Assembly: GCA_028534125.1 (NCBI GenBank) | Contig: CM052817.1 | Coordinates: 84,384,001-84,448,000, forward strand | Direction: 5' to 3' | Source: Lama glama | Lineage: Eukaryota | DNA length: 64,000 bases | Part shown: piece by piece, positions 52,301 through 63,490 of the stretch | Position numbering within the stretch: position 1 is the first letter of the stretch | Layout of the letters: the number at the start of each line of letters is the position of its first letter | Translations under genes and position numbers: made by a program | The notes under the pieces: model-generated | Told to the model about the DNA's origin: nothing | The model's input: the letters and a program-made list of their open reading frames with translations, nothing else | Database searches by the model: none

Positions 52301-55300
52301 TGAGAGTTCTTATCATAAATGGGTGCTGGATTCAGTCAAATGCTTTTTCTGCATTTATTTATATGATTCTCAAAGGATTTTTAATGCAGATATTAATTAC
52401 AAGGCAGGATCACATTTCTGGTCTGTGAGTAGCATATAAAAGAAAGGTATTTTATAAATTATGTTATGCATCCCTTTTTACCCAGTCCACCATTTAACTG
52501 CCAAATGATGATGGCTGAATATTTGTTTAACCCAAGATAATGAAGTTAAAATGAGACAGAAAAGATGAAATCTTTATGGAGAGATATAAAAATTCTATTA
52601 GAAAGGCACTAAATAGTAAAGCTAACATTTAAAATGACTATTAAAAGGCTTTCACGGATATTTGCTATTAATCACCACCAGTATTCCTACCTTTTGGGCA
52701 GATACGACCAAATGCTACTAGACATTTTTTTAAGTACTCTTGGAGTATTTCCAAAATCATACCTCCATAGTGTATCACAAAGGAAGTCTCAACAAATATT
52801 AAGAATAAATATCATATAGACTGTGGCCTCTACTTAACCAGATTATAAATCAGTAATTAAAAGATGTCCACATATCCTTGTATTTAGAAATTTAACATTA
52901 GACTTTCAAAAAATTCATGGATCAAAAAAAGATAATAATGAATTTTAAGATAAAAAATTTACTTGCAAAAATTTGGGCATTTATAACCAATCTTCTTCCG
53001 CATTTGCTACAGGTTAACAGAAATCTCAGCTACTTGGCAGAATTAAAACTTTAAGTATTCTTAAGAGAAACTATACCTGTGTATGTTGCTCTCCTAAGGG
53101 AGAAATATGGTTTGAGATAGACTGGCTCTGGCCTTTTCTTAAAACTACCAAAAAATATGTACATTAAACTAAAATATAAGTTTTTCTCCTTCCTGCAAGC
53201 ATAACTTAGTTTGGGGTTAAAATACACTTAACTTCCCTCCCTGACTTCATCTTTTTAGCACAGGTGGTAAACCTGGCACTGCAGAATAGAAATCAATAAT
53301 TGATGTCAGGTTATTATGCCTCAAACTGTAATCTGAGTTTCCTGAGAAAATCTGCTTTTTAAAGTAGTTGAACATGTCTTCCTTCAAACATATTTCTAAA
53401 TGTCTAATATTTCAAAGACTTCAATTAGTACAGTTTTCCTCACTGAACCAACATGACATCAGATAATATTTAATATCTTTAGAAAAATCCACTTAGCTAT
53501 GAGTTACAATTGTTTTACTATAAATCCTAAGAAGCACCTTTTGTAATAATATGATATTAAAAAAAATTTGTTTTACACTAAAGTAAGTTTATATAGCTCT
53601 GGTTGCTACACAGTTATGAGTTATTTTTTAAATCCTTGCAGGTTCCATCTAGTACACATTCCTAAATAGAAATAATGTTCTTGTCCTTCCAAAGTTAAGA
53701 ATCTATTAAAAAATCCTAGACTGGGATAAAACCCTTCTTCAAAGTTGTGAATCTTTTTCGAGTTACTGGGGGGATTGAACCCAGGACCTCGTGCATGCTA
53801 AGCACGCACTCCACCACTAAGCTACATCCCTCCCCTCAAAGCCATGAATCTTTTGATAGCTAATCAGTCCATGTAGGAGAACAAGCAAAACAGCAAGGTG
53901 ACAGAAGAGGAAGTAAAACTGAAACACAACAGAGAACTAGACATGAATAATCCGCCATACTACATCCTATTAATTTTACTTAATGTTCCTTTATTGTTAA
54001 AACAAATGACAGTAAACAAAAAGTAACATTGTTTCTTGTTCTATTACTTTCAGGACCTATACACAGTGACGAAGGTCCCATTGTGTATACCAGATTTCCA
54101 CATTCACAGTTTGCAGAATGTGAAAAAGATGTGATCTTTCTGTCAGAGGTGTTTAAATATCACTCAATAAATATTTATTGAAAACATATTGCACAAAATA
54201 CTGTACTAGGCAAGGGGGAAAATAAAGGAACACATGACATTTCTACTTTGAAGTGCTTACAATCTAATTGGAAAGATAAGATTTTCATGAAGAGAGGGAG
54301 AAGGAGGCAGAGAGAGGAAAGATGAGGAGACAGAAAGAGAGGACTTGTGTAATATTTATTACAAAACATAATTCATTGCTAAATTTTATAAGAAAGATTA
54401 AAAGTGACAGAGATTCAGAAAAGATGAGAGTTTGTGAAGTTGAAAATATCTTCCCAATCTCTGGAAATTCATGTACTTTTTTATGCCCTTAGCAAGATTA
54501 TTAAATTCCATTTCATCAAACCTTCAAGTTAAATTTATGTATTTACTCACACACCTCTAGTCACTCAAGTACTCTTTCTTCTCCTCCTTACCTACTCATC
54601 CTTCAGAACTCATTTCTTTTGGGAAGACTGTCTGTCGTCCTTCCTGCTGTCATGTATACTTTTCCTTTCTCCCTGGTCTCCCAGGTGAACCCAGCATATG
54701 GTAGCAGTTGTAGCTGGATGCTTCAATAGTAATCTGCACATTCTTTGTCCAAAAAAGGTAACCATAGTAAAAGGTGATAAATGCATCCATCTTTCCTACT
54801 AGATCGTAAGTTCAAGATGACAGACCAGGGGGGAGGGTATAGCTCAAGTGGTAAAGCACATGTATAGCATGCACAAGGTCCTGGGTTCAATCCACAGTAC
54901 CTCCACTGAAAAAAAATGTATAAATAAACCTAATTACCTTCCACTTGCACGCGCGCGCACACACACAGAGAGACTACAGATGATATTTATTCTTTTCCTA
55001 GCATCTAGCATAGTTTCTGGCTTAATAAGTATCTTCTGAATAAATGAATGCCTGAAAATATGTATCCTGACCTTTAAAATAAGCAATATTCAGAAGAAAG
55101 TATCAATATAGTCTTCTAACATACCATTTGACGGGCTGAAAGTTCTTCTGTTAGTCGAGAAATCTGTACAGAATATTGTTTTCTTACGTTTATAACCTGT
55201 AAATTAAGATATTTATTAGGTCTACCATAGAATAATTAATATCTAATAAAACACTTATGATAATGATTTTGATAAAAAGTATAACTTTTAGGGTATAATA

Positions 55301-58300
55301 GATAAGCATATGCTATATTAAAAAGTCAAGAATTTATCATGACAGTGGAAATAAGTGAATAGGATGCTACATTCTAAAGGACAACGGTTGTCAAACTTTT
55401 TGGTCTTACAATCTTTTTACACTATAAAACAGATTTTTGTCTTTATAATGGATTCTCTTTCTATTAAAATTTACCATATTAGAAATAAAAACTAATTTGA
55501 CACAACATTGTAAAATAACTCAATAAAAATGTTTAAAAAAAAGAAAATCAGAGTTCTCATACCATGAGTAGTTTGATAAAACATTTTTATCATTAAAAGC
55601 CACAAAATGTATTAATCTATTTTAAATATGTGTCATTAACAATATTTTAAACTACCGTCAAAGTTACAGTAGTCTCAATGCCAAGAATAGGACAGGATTC
55701 CTACAGAAAGGATATACAAGATTAGGAATTAAAAAAACCCAGGCTTTAGTTTGGATTCTGTCTCAAATTATAAATTTTATCTTGGGAAATTACCTAATTC
55801 CAGCCAGACAATGACAAAGTAATAGATTTCTAAAAAATAGTTTTGTGGCAAGAAACCTTATACAGTAACTTCGCTGGAGTGAAAACTCTACCACTTAGTT
55901 GCTTGGGAGAAAAGCAAGCATGTTAGTTCTATTTTTTTTTTTTAACTGATGAGGTTTTAAAAACCAGTTCACTTCAATCTACCTAGGAGAGAAAAATAAT
56001 ATTGCCCACACAAGAAAAAGCATAGGTAAGAAAAAAACTAACATCTTTGTTCTCTCCAGTGGAGGAACATACAGTGTACCTACCTATCCTGTAAGAGCTC
56101 ATCTTAAAATAAAGAGTATTAGTTTTTTAATCATCTGTTAATTTCGTAGATAGCCTTTACAAATATGTAGGAGAGCATTTTAATGTAATTATTACTGTAA
56201 AAATGAAAACAGTAATTTCTGCTTTTGCTAATTCATGTCTCTGACAAAAATGTCAAATTAAAAAAAACCAAGGCTTTCTCAAAAAGTGGCTGGATGATTC
56301 CTGGTCTGAGGCAGGGAAAGTACAAGATGAGAGAGAGCCCTTATTTATGCAAGAAAGCTAGAGACAATTTGAGAATAAAAAAGACTGATGGTAATGGCTC
56401 ATGAAATAAAAAAAATAAGAAAGATCCATGAATCCACAGTGACATTAAAAAAAGGGGGGAGGACTCTCCTTTACCAAAAAAATTGACAGCTAATAAATGT
56501 ATAGAAAGGCTGACAGAATTAGAATGTAATTGTTTTTAATTATCCCATAAAACATTTATTTCAGGCAAGAATTATCAATGGATGCTAAAACCACTGGATG
56601 AAAGATTTTGGTGGAAAAGGATACCTACATGGCATCTTCCCCAGCTGTTTATAAAGTATAAAATGGAGACATCTAGTCTTATCACCCTAATAATGTGGTC
56701 AAGTTTAGCATCACCAATACACAACCTGACACTATAGCTTCCTAACGAAATGAAGTGGGAGGTAGGTATACACATTGCTCTGCCAGAAATGACCTAAATC
56801 TAGTCAAGATGAAACAGTCATGTGAATCCAGATGTGGAATATTCTAAAGGACAACTGGCCTGGATTCCACAAAGGATTCTTTGTCATATACAAAGGAAGG
56901 CAGGGGACTGGTTAAATCAAGGAAGACTACAGAGATACAGCAGTCAAGTGCAATGATGTATAAATATGGACTGGAGTCTGAATTTAAAAAGACAAACACC
57001 CATAAAGAATATTTTAGGGAAATCTAAGTGTAGACTGAAATAATATGGATGTTCTTTTAATGTATGGTAACAGTGGTGTGGTTGTGTAGCAAAATGCTCT
57101 CTTTCTGGGGAAACAGATGCTAAGATGAAGAGTCATGAGACCTCTGGCTTATGTGTGAATATTTCGCAAAAAGAAAGAATGTGTATGTATGTAAAGAGAG
57201 GTAGAATGGGTGTGGCAAGATACTAAGAGTTTTCTGGGTAAGAGGTAAATAAGTGTTCATTGTGCAGCTCTTTCAAACTTTTTATGGGTTTGAAAATTCC
57301 TAAAAATAAAAAAAATACAAAATGAATGGTAAACAATTTCTCACAGTGATTGAGAGTAGAGCTCAAGAATCAAGAACTGCATTTGTGACCCAGTTCTGCT
57401 ACTTCCTGGAGGTGGAATCTTAAGCAAGTTAGTTAGCTACTCTATTTTTCAGTTTCTCATCTTTAAAATATTGTTTTGTGGTTTCTTCCTCCTAAAGTCA
57501 CTTTACACTTTCAAACTTTATCACACTGCTTACGAATTAATTCATATCTGTACCAGAGGAAAAGGCAAATAAATGTATGTCTTCTTTGTCTTTCTATATG
57601 AAAGCAAACTTGTATTTCCAAGATAGTTTTAACTTTCATAAGGCTCACAATTCTAACCAAGAACCAAATCATTGCTTTAACACAAAAATATAAGATTTAG
57701 TCTTGATAATGGAATTGCAAACACCACCACAATTCATAAGTTGTACAAGTATCAGCATGATATGACTGAAACAACGCTGGGCTCAGTATAGCCAAGAGAA
57801 GGCATGAGTCTAAGTTCTGGCTTTAATTAGTATATAATTTTGAGCGAGTCAATAACCTCTCACAGGTTTCAGTCTCATTACCAATAAAATAAGAGGTTAA
57901 AGCAGATTTCTCTGGTACTCTGGTCCCAAGACTCTAAGATACTGCAAACAACAGTAGGTTTTCTTCTCTTACTTCTCATGAATTCTAAGTTTCTTTTTGA
58001 GCTTTCTTTTTAACTTTGTGTTTCAGGTATGTTAATCTGCACTGTATCCCTAGCCTAAATCTCTCTCCTTCCCACTTCCCCTATCCATTCCCTCTGCCTC
58101 ACTCTAGCTCAAATGTTAGGAGCTACCATCTTGAAATGATTTTTATTGGAAATTTACTACAATTGATGCAATTAGCTGATAATTAATTAGCTAGGTCGAT
58201 CAGGCAAAACCTCAGGTAGTATTTAGTCTTAAGCTGTGAAATTTTGTAAAATTTTGGATTTTAAATATAATGAAAAATCCTTTACTTCCTTCCTGGTTCT

Positions 58301-61141
58301 TACGGAGGCATCTTGCAGAAGTCGGGAAATGGTTTCTTTCATTTTCTCTATATCTTCTTCTTTTTGCTTTTCCTCAAGCAGAGCCTTCAGAAAATAATAA
58401 TTTGATGTTATTATAGACTGCATCATTATTAATAAAGATAACATAATAAATGGGTAAAAACTTATCCACTAATCACTTTCTTGAAAGCATGTATCTTATT
58501 CAAAACTTCTGAGACATCTCCACTTGGAGATCTTGCCTAAGTTATGAATGACATTTATTTTCCCTAAACTCCTCACCTGACCATGTCTTAACTAAAAATT
58601 TATTCTTTTCCTTTGATGTTTCAAGCAGTTCCATGACTCTTCTGACCTCTACAGCTGGATATTTAGAATTATTTTTGAATTTTCTTTCTCTTTTATTCCC
58701 TATACAAAATAAGTAATCAAAGTTTAAATATTATATTATCAGAAAAACATTTTCGACTTCCCTTTCTTTCCATTATTTATTTTTATTCAAATTATGTCCC
58801 TTGTCGCTTCATACCTCCTTTACTGTAGTCACTATCTACTTCATCTCTATGACATTTCTAACTATCCAATCATTTTCATTTACAAAATATTTCACCTACA
58901 AAACAGTCTTACAATTCTAGTTCTGTTCTTAGTCACACTCCATTTCTTTGCTTCCCTGTGAAGCAAACTCCTCTGAAGTCTGCACTTGCTTATCTCTAAA
59001 ACTCTCATGTTCACTCCAATAAAGCTTTCACCACCGACGATCTCTATACTGATAACCCATTAGCCAATTTTGAGTAACTGTCTTATATATCTGTCAGCAG
59101 CACTTGAGATAATGGATTATTTTCATTTCTGTTTTACTTTTTTTATTTGGCTTTTAGCGCATCACAGTATTGGTTCTCCTCTTAACTCACTGATTATTTC
59201 TTTTTAGTGTGCGTTGCTGTTTCTTCCTCTTCTCCTGAACCTCTTTAATACTTAACTACCCAAGACTTAGTCCTTGGTTCTTTTCTCTATCTACATCCAT
59301 CCCTTGGTAGGTAATCCAATCTCATGGTTTTAAAATATCATTTATATGCTGACAATTCCCAAATTTAAATCTCTAGTCCAAGTATCTTCCTGAGCCTGGA
59401 ATTCCTCCAATTTTAGTCTTGAGTGAATTTTTTTTTTAAAAATATCATTACAAGGTAAGTGGCTCTTTGTTTTGACCCCACTGTCTTCCAAAGATATCAT
59501 ACATGTTCCTATATTTGCTTTTTATTGTTTAATAAATCTTCTCCTGCTTAAATAGGTAAACTAGTGAGAATTAATTGCTCTTTTGATGTCACAACCTTTT
59601 CAGGGAGAACAGGACAATGGGGAAAAGGGAAGCTTCATAAGGAAACTATACTAAGGTTGCTTCATGCCTATTTGTATGATTGGCTGAAAGAACCCTTGAC
59701 TTCTTGGAACAAACAACTGAAGGTGGGAACCCTCTGGCAATTAAGCAACAAGTCAAGAGGGAACTTAATACCGTGGCCATAAATAGCCTCTGTAAAGGTC
59801 TGTTGACCTACGACTTGGGTGAGAAGATCTGCGGGATAGGCAGTGAGTGTCACTACTACCTTCTCTGTCCATCGTGCTACACACAAAATGTTCACCTTTG
59901 TGACCTGATGTTAAGAATGTTCATATGACTAGGCTTCAGGGGGAAGAGATAAACAGTTTTGCCCTGCTCTTAATTTTTCTAATTAACTTAGGTGTTTAGA
60001 GCAACTCCCAAGAACATTTTGTCTCTTTTGCACCTTTCAACCATTCTAAAGCAACAGTATTCAGATCACAGGTGGGAATGTTAGCTGAAAGGTGTAATAA
60101 GTACCAAAACATTCCCACAGCTTAGATTTGGATAATTATTTCTTTTTTACGTCTTAGTAGCTTCTTAATATGCAACTTATAGCTTATTTTGTTTTTAACA
60201 GTGCTCTTGGAAAACTGTCCACTATGTGAAAAAGGAAGCATAAATAAAACAAAATATTTCCTTGTATTCCCCATACTTCCCAGTGGAGTGCTATGCATAT
60301 ACTAGGTATTCAATAAATGTTGGTTAAATGAAATAATAATTTAATGAGAGGCAGCAACATTAAAAACAAATTATCTACTTTGTGACTTCTATAAACTATA
60401 TACCATTCATATGGAAGTGGTACAAGATGAAAACTATGGTATGTAATAGCACAGTAATCACAATATTTAGAGGGTTAAAAAATACCGCATGGTGACATGA
60501 AGGCTCCAGTTAATAAATCTTTATGGCTAAATTTAATTCCCATCAATTAAGCTTCTATTCTATTAGAGTAATTGTATAGGTGACAAAGCGGAAATAAAGA
60601 TGAGTAAGATTCATGCAAGTGAATAAAATATATAGAGTACACATGCTGCAGTAAAGTACTTTAACAGATTTTTTGAAAAGTATGAGACTACAGGGGATGA
60701 AGATTAGTTACATAAGAACTGCAGACATTAAAAAAACTCTAATATGAAAGTTTTCAGAGAAGGTTGACATTTTATCATATTTTATGATGTTAAGTCTTAA
60801 CATCAAGAGTGTAGCATGTCTATTAATGATGAGTATAGCACTTTCATTTTTCTGTGTTTATTCTGTAGTTATTGATTTCCTTACTATCAGGTCACACGGG
60901 GGAATGTTAAATATTTTTTTACCTATTTTACTTATTTATAAACATGTTTATTACTTTTCTTACCTGATTTTTTTGAAGGTTAACTTCTTCTAAGAGTTGC
61001 ATGCTATTTCTGGCTCTCACAATAGCTTCGTATTTCTCATCTTCTAATTCATTGCACTTTGCTTGTAACTCTGTGGTCTGTTTTTCCAAATGTGTTTTTT
61101 CTGCTCTTAATTGGGTAGCTTCTTGGATTGTCACACATAAC
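37198..61141 (-). CDS. SCLT1: SCLT1 partial multi-exon CDS (7 exons, 960 nt spliced, C-terminal half of the coiled-coil protein; gene continues beyond both window ends)
   Basis: The exons join in frame with matching phases and translate to [11 protein letters not shown]...[22 protein letters not shown]...|VINVRKQ...|ECAEKQ...|IYHEGR...|[25 protein letters not shown]...|[12 protein letters not shown]...[22 protein letters not shown] recognise this as mammalian SCLT1. Confidence 0.96.
37770..37925. mobile_element. MER21-like ERVL LTR fragment
   Basis: 'ggtttattataaagg...ttccatgccctctcc...gccaccctcccagcacc...gtgttca'. Confidence 0.65.
38830..39500 (+). mobile_element. L2 3' fragment
   Basis: 'ttccacagaagcca', 'ccctttgcttggaat', terminal 'tgaatgaatg'. 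Confidence 0.6.
40240..42630 (-). mobile_element. Old L1M fragments (3'UTR/ORF2) with a SINE inserted
   Basis: 'gttgatggacatttgagttgtttccag', 'tacctcactgtagttttaatt', 'aattttaatgaaatccaat'. Confidence 0.75.
40900..41041 (+). mobile_element. tRNA-derived SINE (camelid vic-1-like)
   Basis: 'ggggagggtatagctc..gt.gtag...gcttagcat.catgaggtcctgggttca..ccccagtacctcc' plus 'aaacctaattacctcccc' and A-tail; degenerate TSD aaaaac(t)cttat(a/c)tatt. Confidence 0.85.
43553..43745 (-). CDS. SCLT1: SCLT1 coding exon, 193 nt (probable exon 17)
   Basis: Acceptor gtttttttaatcag|T, donor AAG|gtattt; encodes (N)[64 protein letters not shown]. Confidence 0.95.
44284..44454 (-). mobile_element. tRNA-derived SINE (vic-1-like)
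   Basis: Reverse complement of the same consensus; TSD attcctatctt at 44273-44283 and 44455-44465. Confidence 0.85.
44590..44920 (+). mobile_element. Old L1M (L1MC/MD-like) 3'UTR fragment
   Basis: 'gatctaggcaatgatc', 'ctgaatcagatcaagcctct'. Confidence 0.5.
44960..46547 (-). mobile_element. L1 with its 5' terminus joined directly to mid-ORF2
   Basis: Reverse 5' end 'aggagtgatatcagcaatatggcagaataggaagtcccc' at 46547; ORF2 peptide '[19 protein letters not shown]...[16 protein letters not shown]' at 45863-46117. Confidence 0.8.
47069..47214 (-). CDS. SCLT1: SCLT1 coding exon, 146 nt (probable exon 16)
   Basis: Acceptor cctcttctgcag|ATT, donor AA|gtaagt; encodes [48 protein letters not shown] plus 2 nt. 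Confidence 0.94.
47616..48261 (+). mobile_element. ERV (ERV1-like) LTR plus primer-binding site
   Basis: TGT(47616)...ACA(48242); AATAAA at 48097-48102; TGGTGACCATGAAGGGTC at 48244-48261 resembles the tRNA-Arg PBS TGGCGACCACGAAGGGAC. Confidence 0.7.
49094..49168 (-). CDS. SCLT1: SCLT1 coding exon, 75 nt (probable exon 15)
   Basis: Acceptor gaatttatag|GAG, donor AAG|gtaaag; encodes [25 protein letters not shown]. Confidence 0.93.
50185..52370 (-). mobile_element. L1M (L1MC-like) 3'UTR and ORF2 fragment, with a tiny younger L1 tail at ~50830-50908
   Basis: 'tttttagaatagttttacattcacagcaacattgag'; reverse peptide '[20 protein letters not shown]' (L1 RT). Confidence 0.85.
53758..53835 (-). mobile_element. 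Short tRNA-derived SINE (vic-1-like, tRNA part only)
   Basis: 'gggattgaacccaggacctcgtgcatgctaagcacgcactccaccactaagctacatccctcccc'; TSD tcaaag(ttg/cca)tgaatctttt at 53739-53757 and 53836-53854. Confidence 0.85.
54828..54967 (+). mobile_element. tRNA-derived SINE (vic-1-like)
   Basis: 'ggggagggtatagctcaagtggtaaagcacatg...ggtcctgggttcaatcc.cagtacctcc...aaacctaattacc'; tail has become (GC)/(AC) repeats. Confidence 0.85.
55125..55196 (-). CDS. SCLT1: SCLT1 coding exon, 72 nt (probable exon 14)
   Basis: Acceptor aatttacag|GTT, donor ATG|gtatgt; encodes [24 protein letters not shown]; too short for the ORF track. Confidence 0.93.
55381..55495 (+). mobile_element. Charlie1-like hAT transposon left end
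   Basis: 'cggttgtcaaactttttggtct...tttacact.taaaa...tttaccatattagaaataaaaact'. Confidence 0.65.
56280..57320 (+). mobile_element. Old L1M (L1MC/MD-like) 3'UTR
   Basis: 'atcaatggatgctaaaaccactgg.tgaaag', 'ggacaactggcctgga', terminal 'tttgaaaattcctaaaaataaaa'. Confidence 0.65.
57340..57945 (+). mobile_element. Two MIR relics (~57340-57500 and ~57790-57945)
   Basis: 'taagcaagttagttagctactc...cagtttctcatctttaaaat'; 'gcgagtcaataacctctc...cagtctcatt'. Confidence 0.6.
58286..58384 (-). CDS. SCLT1: SCLT1 coding exon, 99 nt (probable exon 13)
   Basis: Acceptor attttctgaag|GCT, donor GAA|gtaaag; encodes [33 protein letters not shown]. Confidence 0.93.
58500..59400 (+). mobile_element. L2 fragments
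   Basis: 'tcagcagcacttga', 'ttagtccttggttctttttctctatctaca', 'tatatgctgacaattcccaaattt'. Confidence 0.65.
60964..61141 (-). CDS. SCLT1: SCLT1 coding exon, 178 nt (probable exon 12)
   Basis: Acceptor ttaatttttag|G, donor CAG|gtaaga; encodes [59 protein letters not shown]. Confidence 0.95.
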
Positions 61142-61199
61142 CTAAAAATTAATAGTCACATCGCAAAAGTTAAATATTTTTAAAAAGAAGGAGGGAGAC

Positions 61200-61430
61200 A
61201 AGAGATTTACAGAGCATCTGTTACAGGACAAGCATTATTCCAGTTACTTTCACATGTATCTTCTCATTGGATCCACTCAAAAGTTCTGTAAAGTAAGTTT
61301 CATTATTTCCATTTAAAAGAACGACAGACCCAGAGAGCTTAAACATTTGATTAAGGTCATATGAATAATGAGCAGTGGGACAAAGACTAGGCCTAGGTAT
61401 TCTGACTCTAATTATGTTACATTTTCTACA
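61200..61430 (-). mobile_element. MIR SINE
   Basis: 'attatttccatttaaaaga..acagacccagagag..taa...aaggtcata'. Confidence 0.65.
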
Positions 61431-61479
61431 CTTTTCTACTTGTGTTAACTCCTACTGTCTCATATAGTTACATGACAAT

Positions 61480-63490
61480 GTTATAAAGCAAATTCTTAAA
61501 GAATAGTTGTTCTATCTATATGGTCTATTTTTTTCTTTGCTTGATTCCCCTTTCCTACTCTCTACCCAAGTAACTCATGTTAACTTACTAATGTATATCT
61601 TTGAATATTTTTCTCCATGTTCATAAAATCACACATCTCATTTTATACCGACACAGTATACATTTAAATATACATACACAGTATATATACATCTATCCAC
61701 TGGTTTTTAAACATAATATTTTATGTTATAAAAATTAAGATCATAGTATACACCCTTTTCTGCATTTGATTTTCTTACTCAATAATATCTTACAAAAATT
61801 CCCTTAAACAATACATCCCAAACCTCTTTTCCTTCCTAGTCTGATGGATGTAACTTCTCTTCACTGTTAAATACTGGAGAATTTAAGCCTATTTTAAAAG
61901 TTTGTTTGCTATGTGAATTGTCTTCTTTGAATTTTCTCTTCATAGCCTTTGCCCATTTTTTCTGATGGCTTATTTACTTTGCTTTTCTTTATGAGAACTT
62001 TTTGAATATTAAGATACTAACCCTCAGTCTTCTATATGGCAAATATTTTTCCCAAATCTACCTTTTTGTTGTTGCCTATTGACTCTATTTAGGATATCTT
62101 TATTACACTAAAATGTTCCCTTTAACAAAGCTAGATTTGACTTTTTTTCCCCAACATCCGGGATTTCAGTTTTTATAAATGTAATGTAATCTCCTAGAAT
62201 TCCTTGAAAAATTACCTTTAATATTTTTACCTGTAAATCTTTAATCAATCTGGAATTTACTTCTGAATGTGCTATAAGGAAGGAGTCTAGTTCACCTGTC
62301 TCCCAGATTGACGGCTAGTTATATGAGTACCATTAGTAACTGATGAACTGAAATAACTCTGTATCAGAACGAAAATATGCAAATTATCATAACTTCCTTA
62401 TGAATTGTCATGTTTCACAGACCTATTTGTCTCTTCTATGCCCAAATCATATTAATTTGATTTAAGTGGCTTTATAATATGTTCTGATGTCAGATAAGAC
62501 AATTCTCTCTTACATTATATATTTTTCTTTGTTTTTTTTCAAGCGTTTCTTTTATCAAGTGTTGGCAGGAGAAGCCTTCTGTATTCTCTCCCCACCCTTT
62601 CTACCCACACCCAAACACAGGAGTTCCAGGAGGAAGCATCCCTGCTCCAGCACACCTGACATTTTCCCAGCTTTAGAAATTGAGAGAACTCAGCCTCACT
62701 TTTATTTAATTTCTCTATTTTTAAACCTTTGTTGTTGTTGTTGCTGGGTAGATCTGTTTAATTCTGAATGAACTGAGTTAAAGTCTACCAGTATTTTAGC
62801 CAGAGTTCCTAGTTGCCAGCAGTAGACTAACTCTAATTTAAGCAGATAAAGAGTTTATTAAAAAAAAAAAAAGATATTGGTAAATTCACAGACTCACTAG
62901 GAGAGCTGGAGAACCAAGTCTGAAGCTTTATAGTAAGGGAACATGCCTGGAACTTCATCACAGGATTAGGATGGTCGCCAATGAAGAGGGGAATTCCCCA
63001 AGCATCGTAGGAAGGTAAGAGGCAGATGGCCAAAAATAATAACCATAAGTGTATTTTCATCAAATCACCCTTGCATTTCCTAACTTCTGCATTACATATT
63101 TAGCTGTCCTATTATCTGCCATATTTAGATTTATTAATGTTGTATCTTTTTCATAATGGTGCCATTTTTCATTAGATAAGGTCCCTCTTTATTCTGTTTA
63201 GTGCTTTTATCATTAAACTCTACTTTGTGTGATATTGTCATTCTTGTTTTTTTTGTTTATAGTTGTTAATACTCTCCACTAAAACCTTTAAAATTTAAAA
63301 CAGATCCTCTTCATCCTTCCTTTCTCAGTATCTTTGTTCATTTATTCTTTTTTAAGGTATTTTCTAAAGTAACATATTACTAGGACTTGCTTTTTAATTA
63401 AAATCTGCAAGTCTCTGCCTTTTAATGGAATTCACTCCTCTCATACTTCAATGATTTACGTATAAGACATTATTCATTCCATCTTACTTT
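61480..63490 (-). mobile_element. Old L1ME-like fragments with an embedded MLT1-like LTR piece (~62790-63010)
   Basis: 'cctttgcccattttttc', 'tctttaatcaatctggaattta'; 'gttgccagcagtagactaactc...ttaagcaga' is MLT1-like. Confidence 0.55.

Noticed and set aside
54828..54905. tRNA-Ala-like sequence (also at 40900, 44380-44452 and 53765-53835)
   Set aside because: Degenerate stems, A-rich tails and TSDs indicate SINE copies, not tRNA genes.
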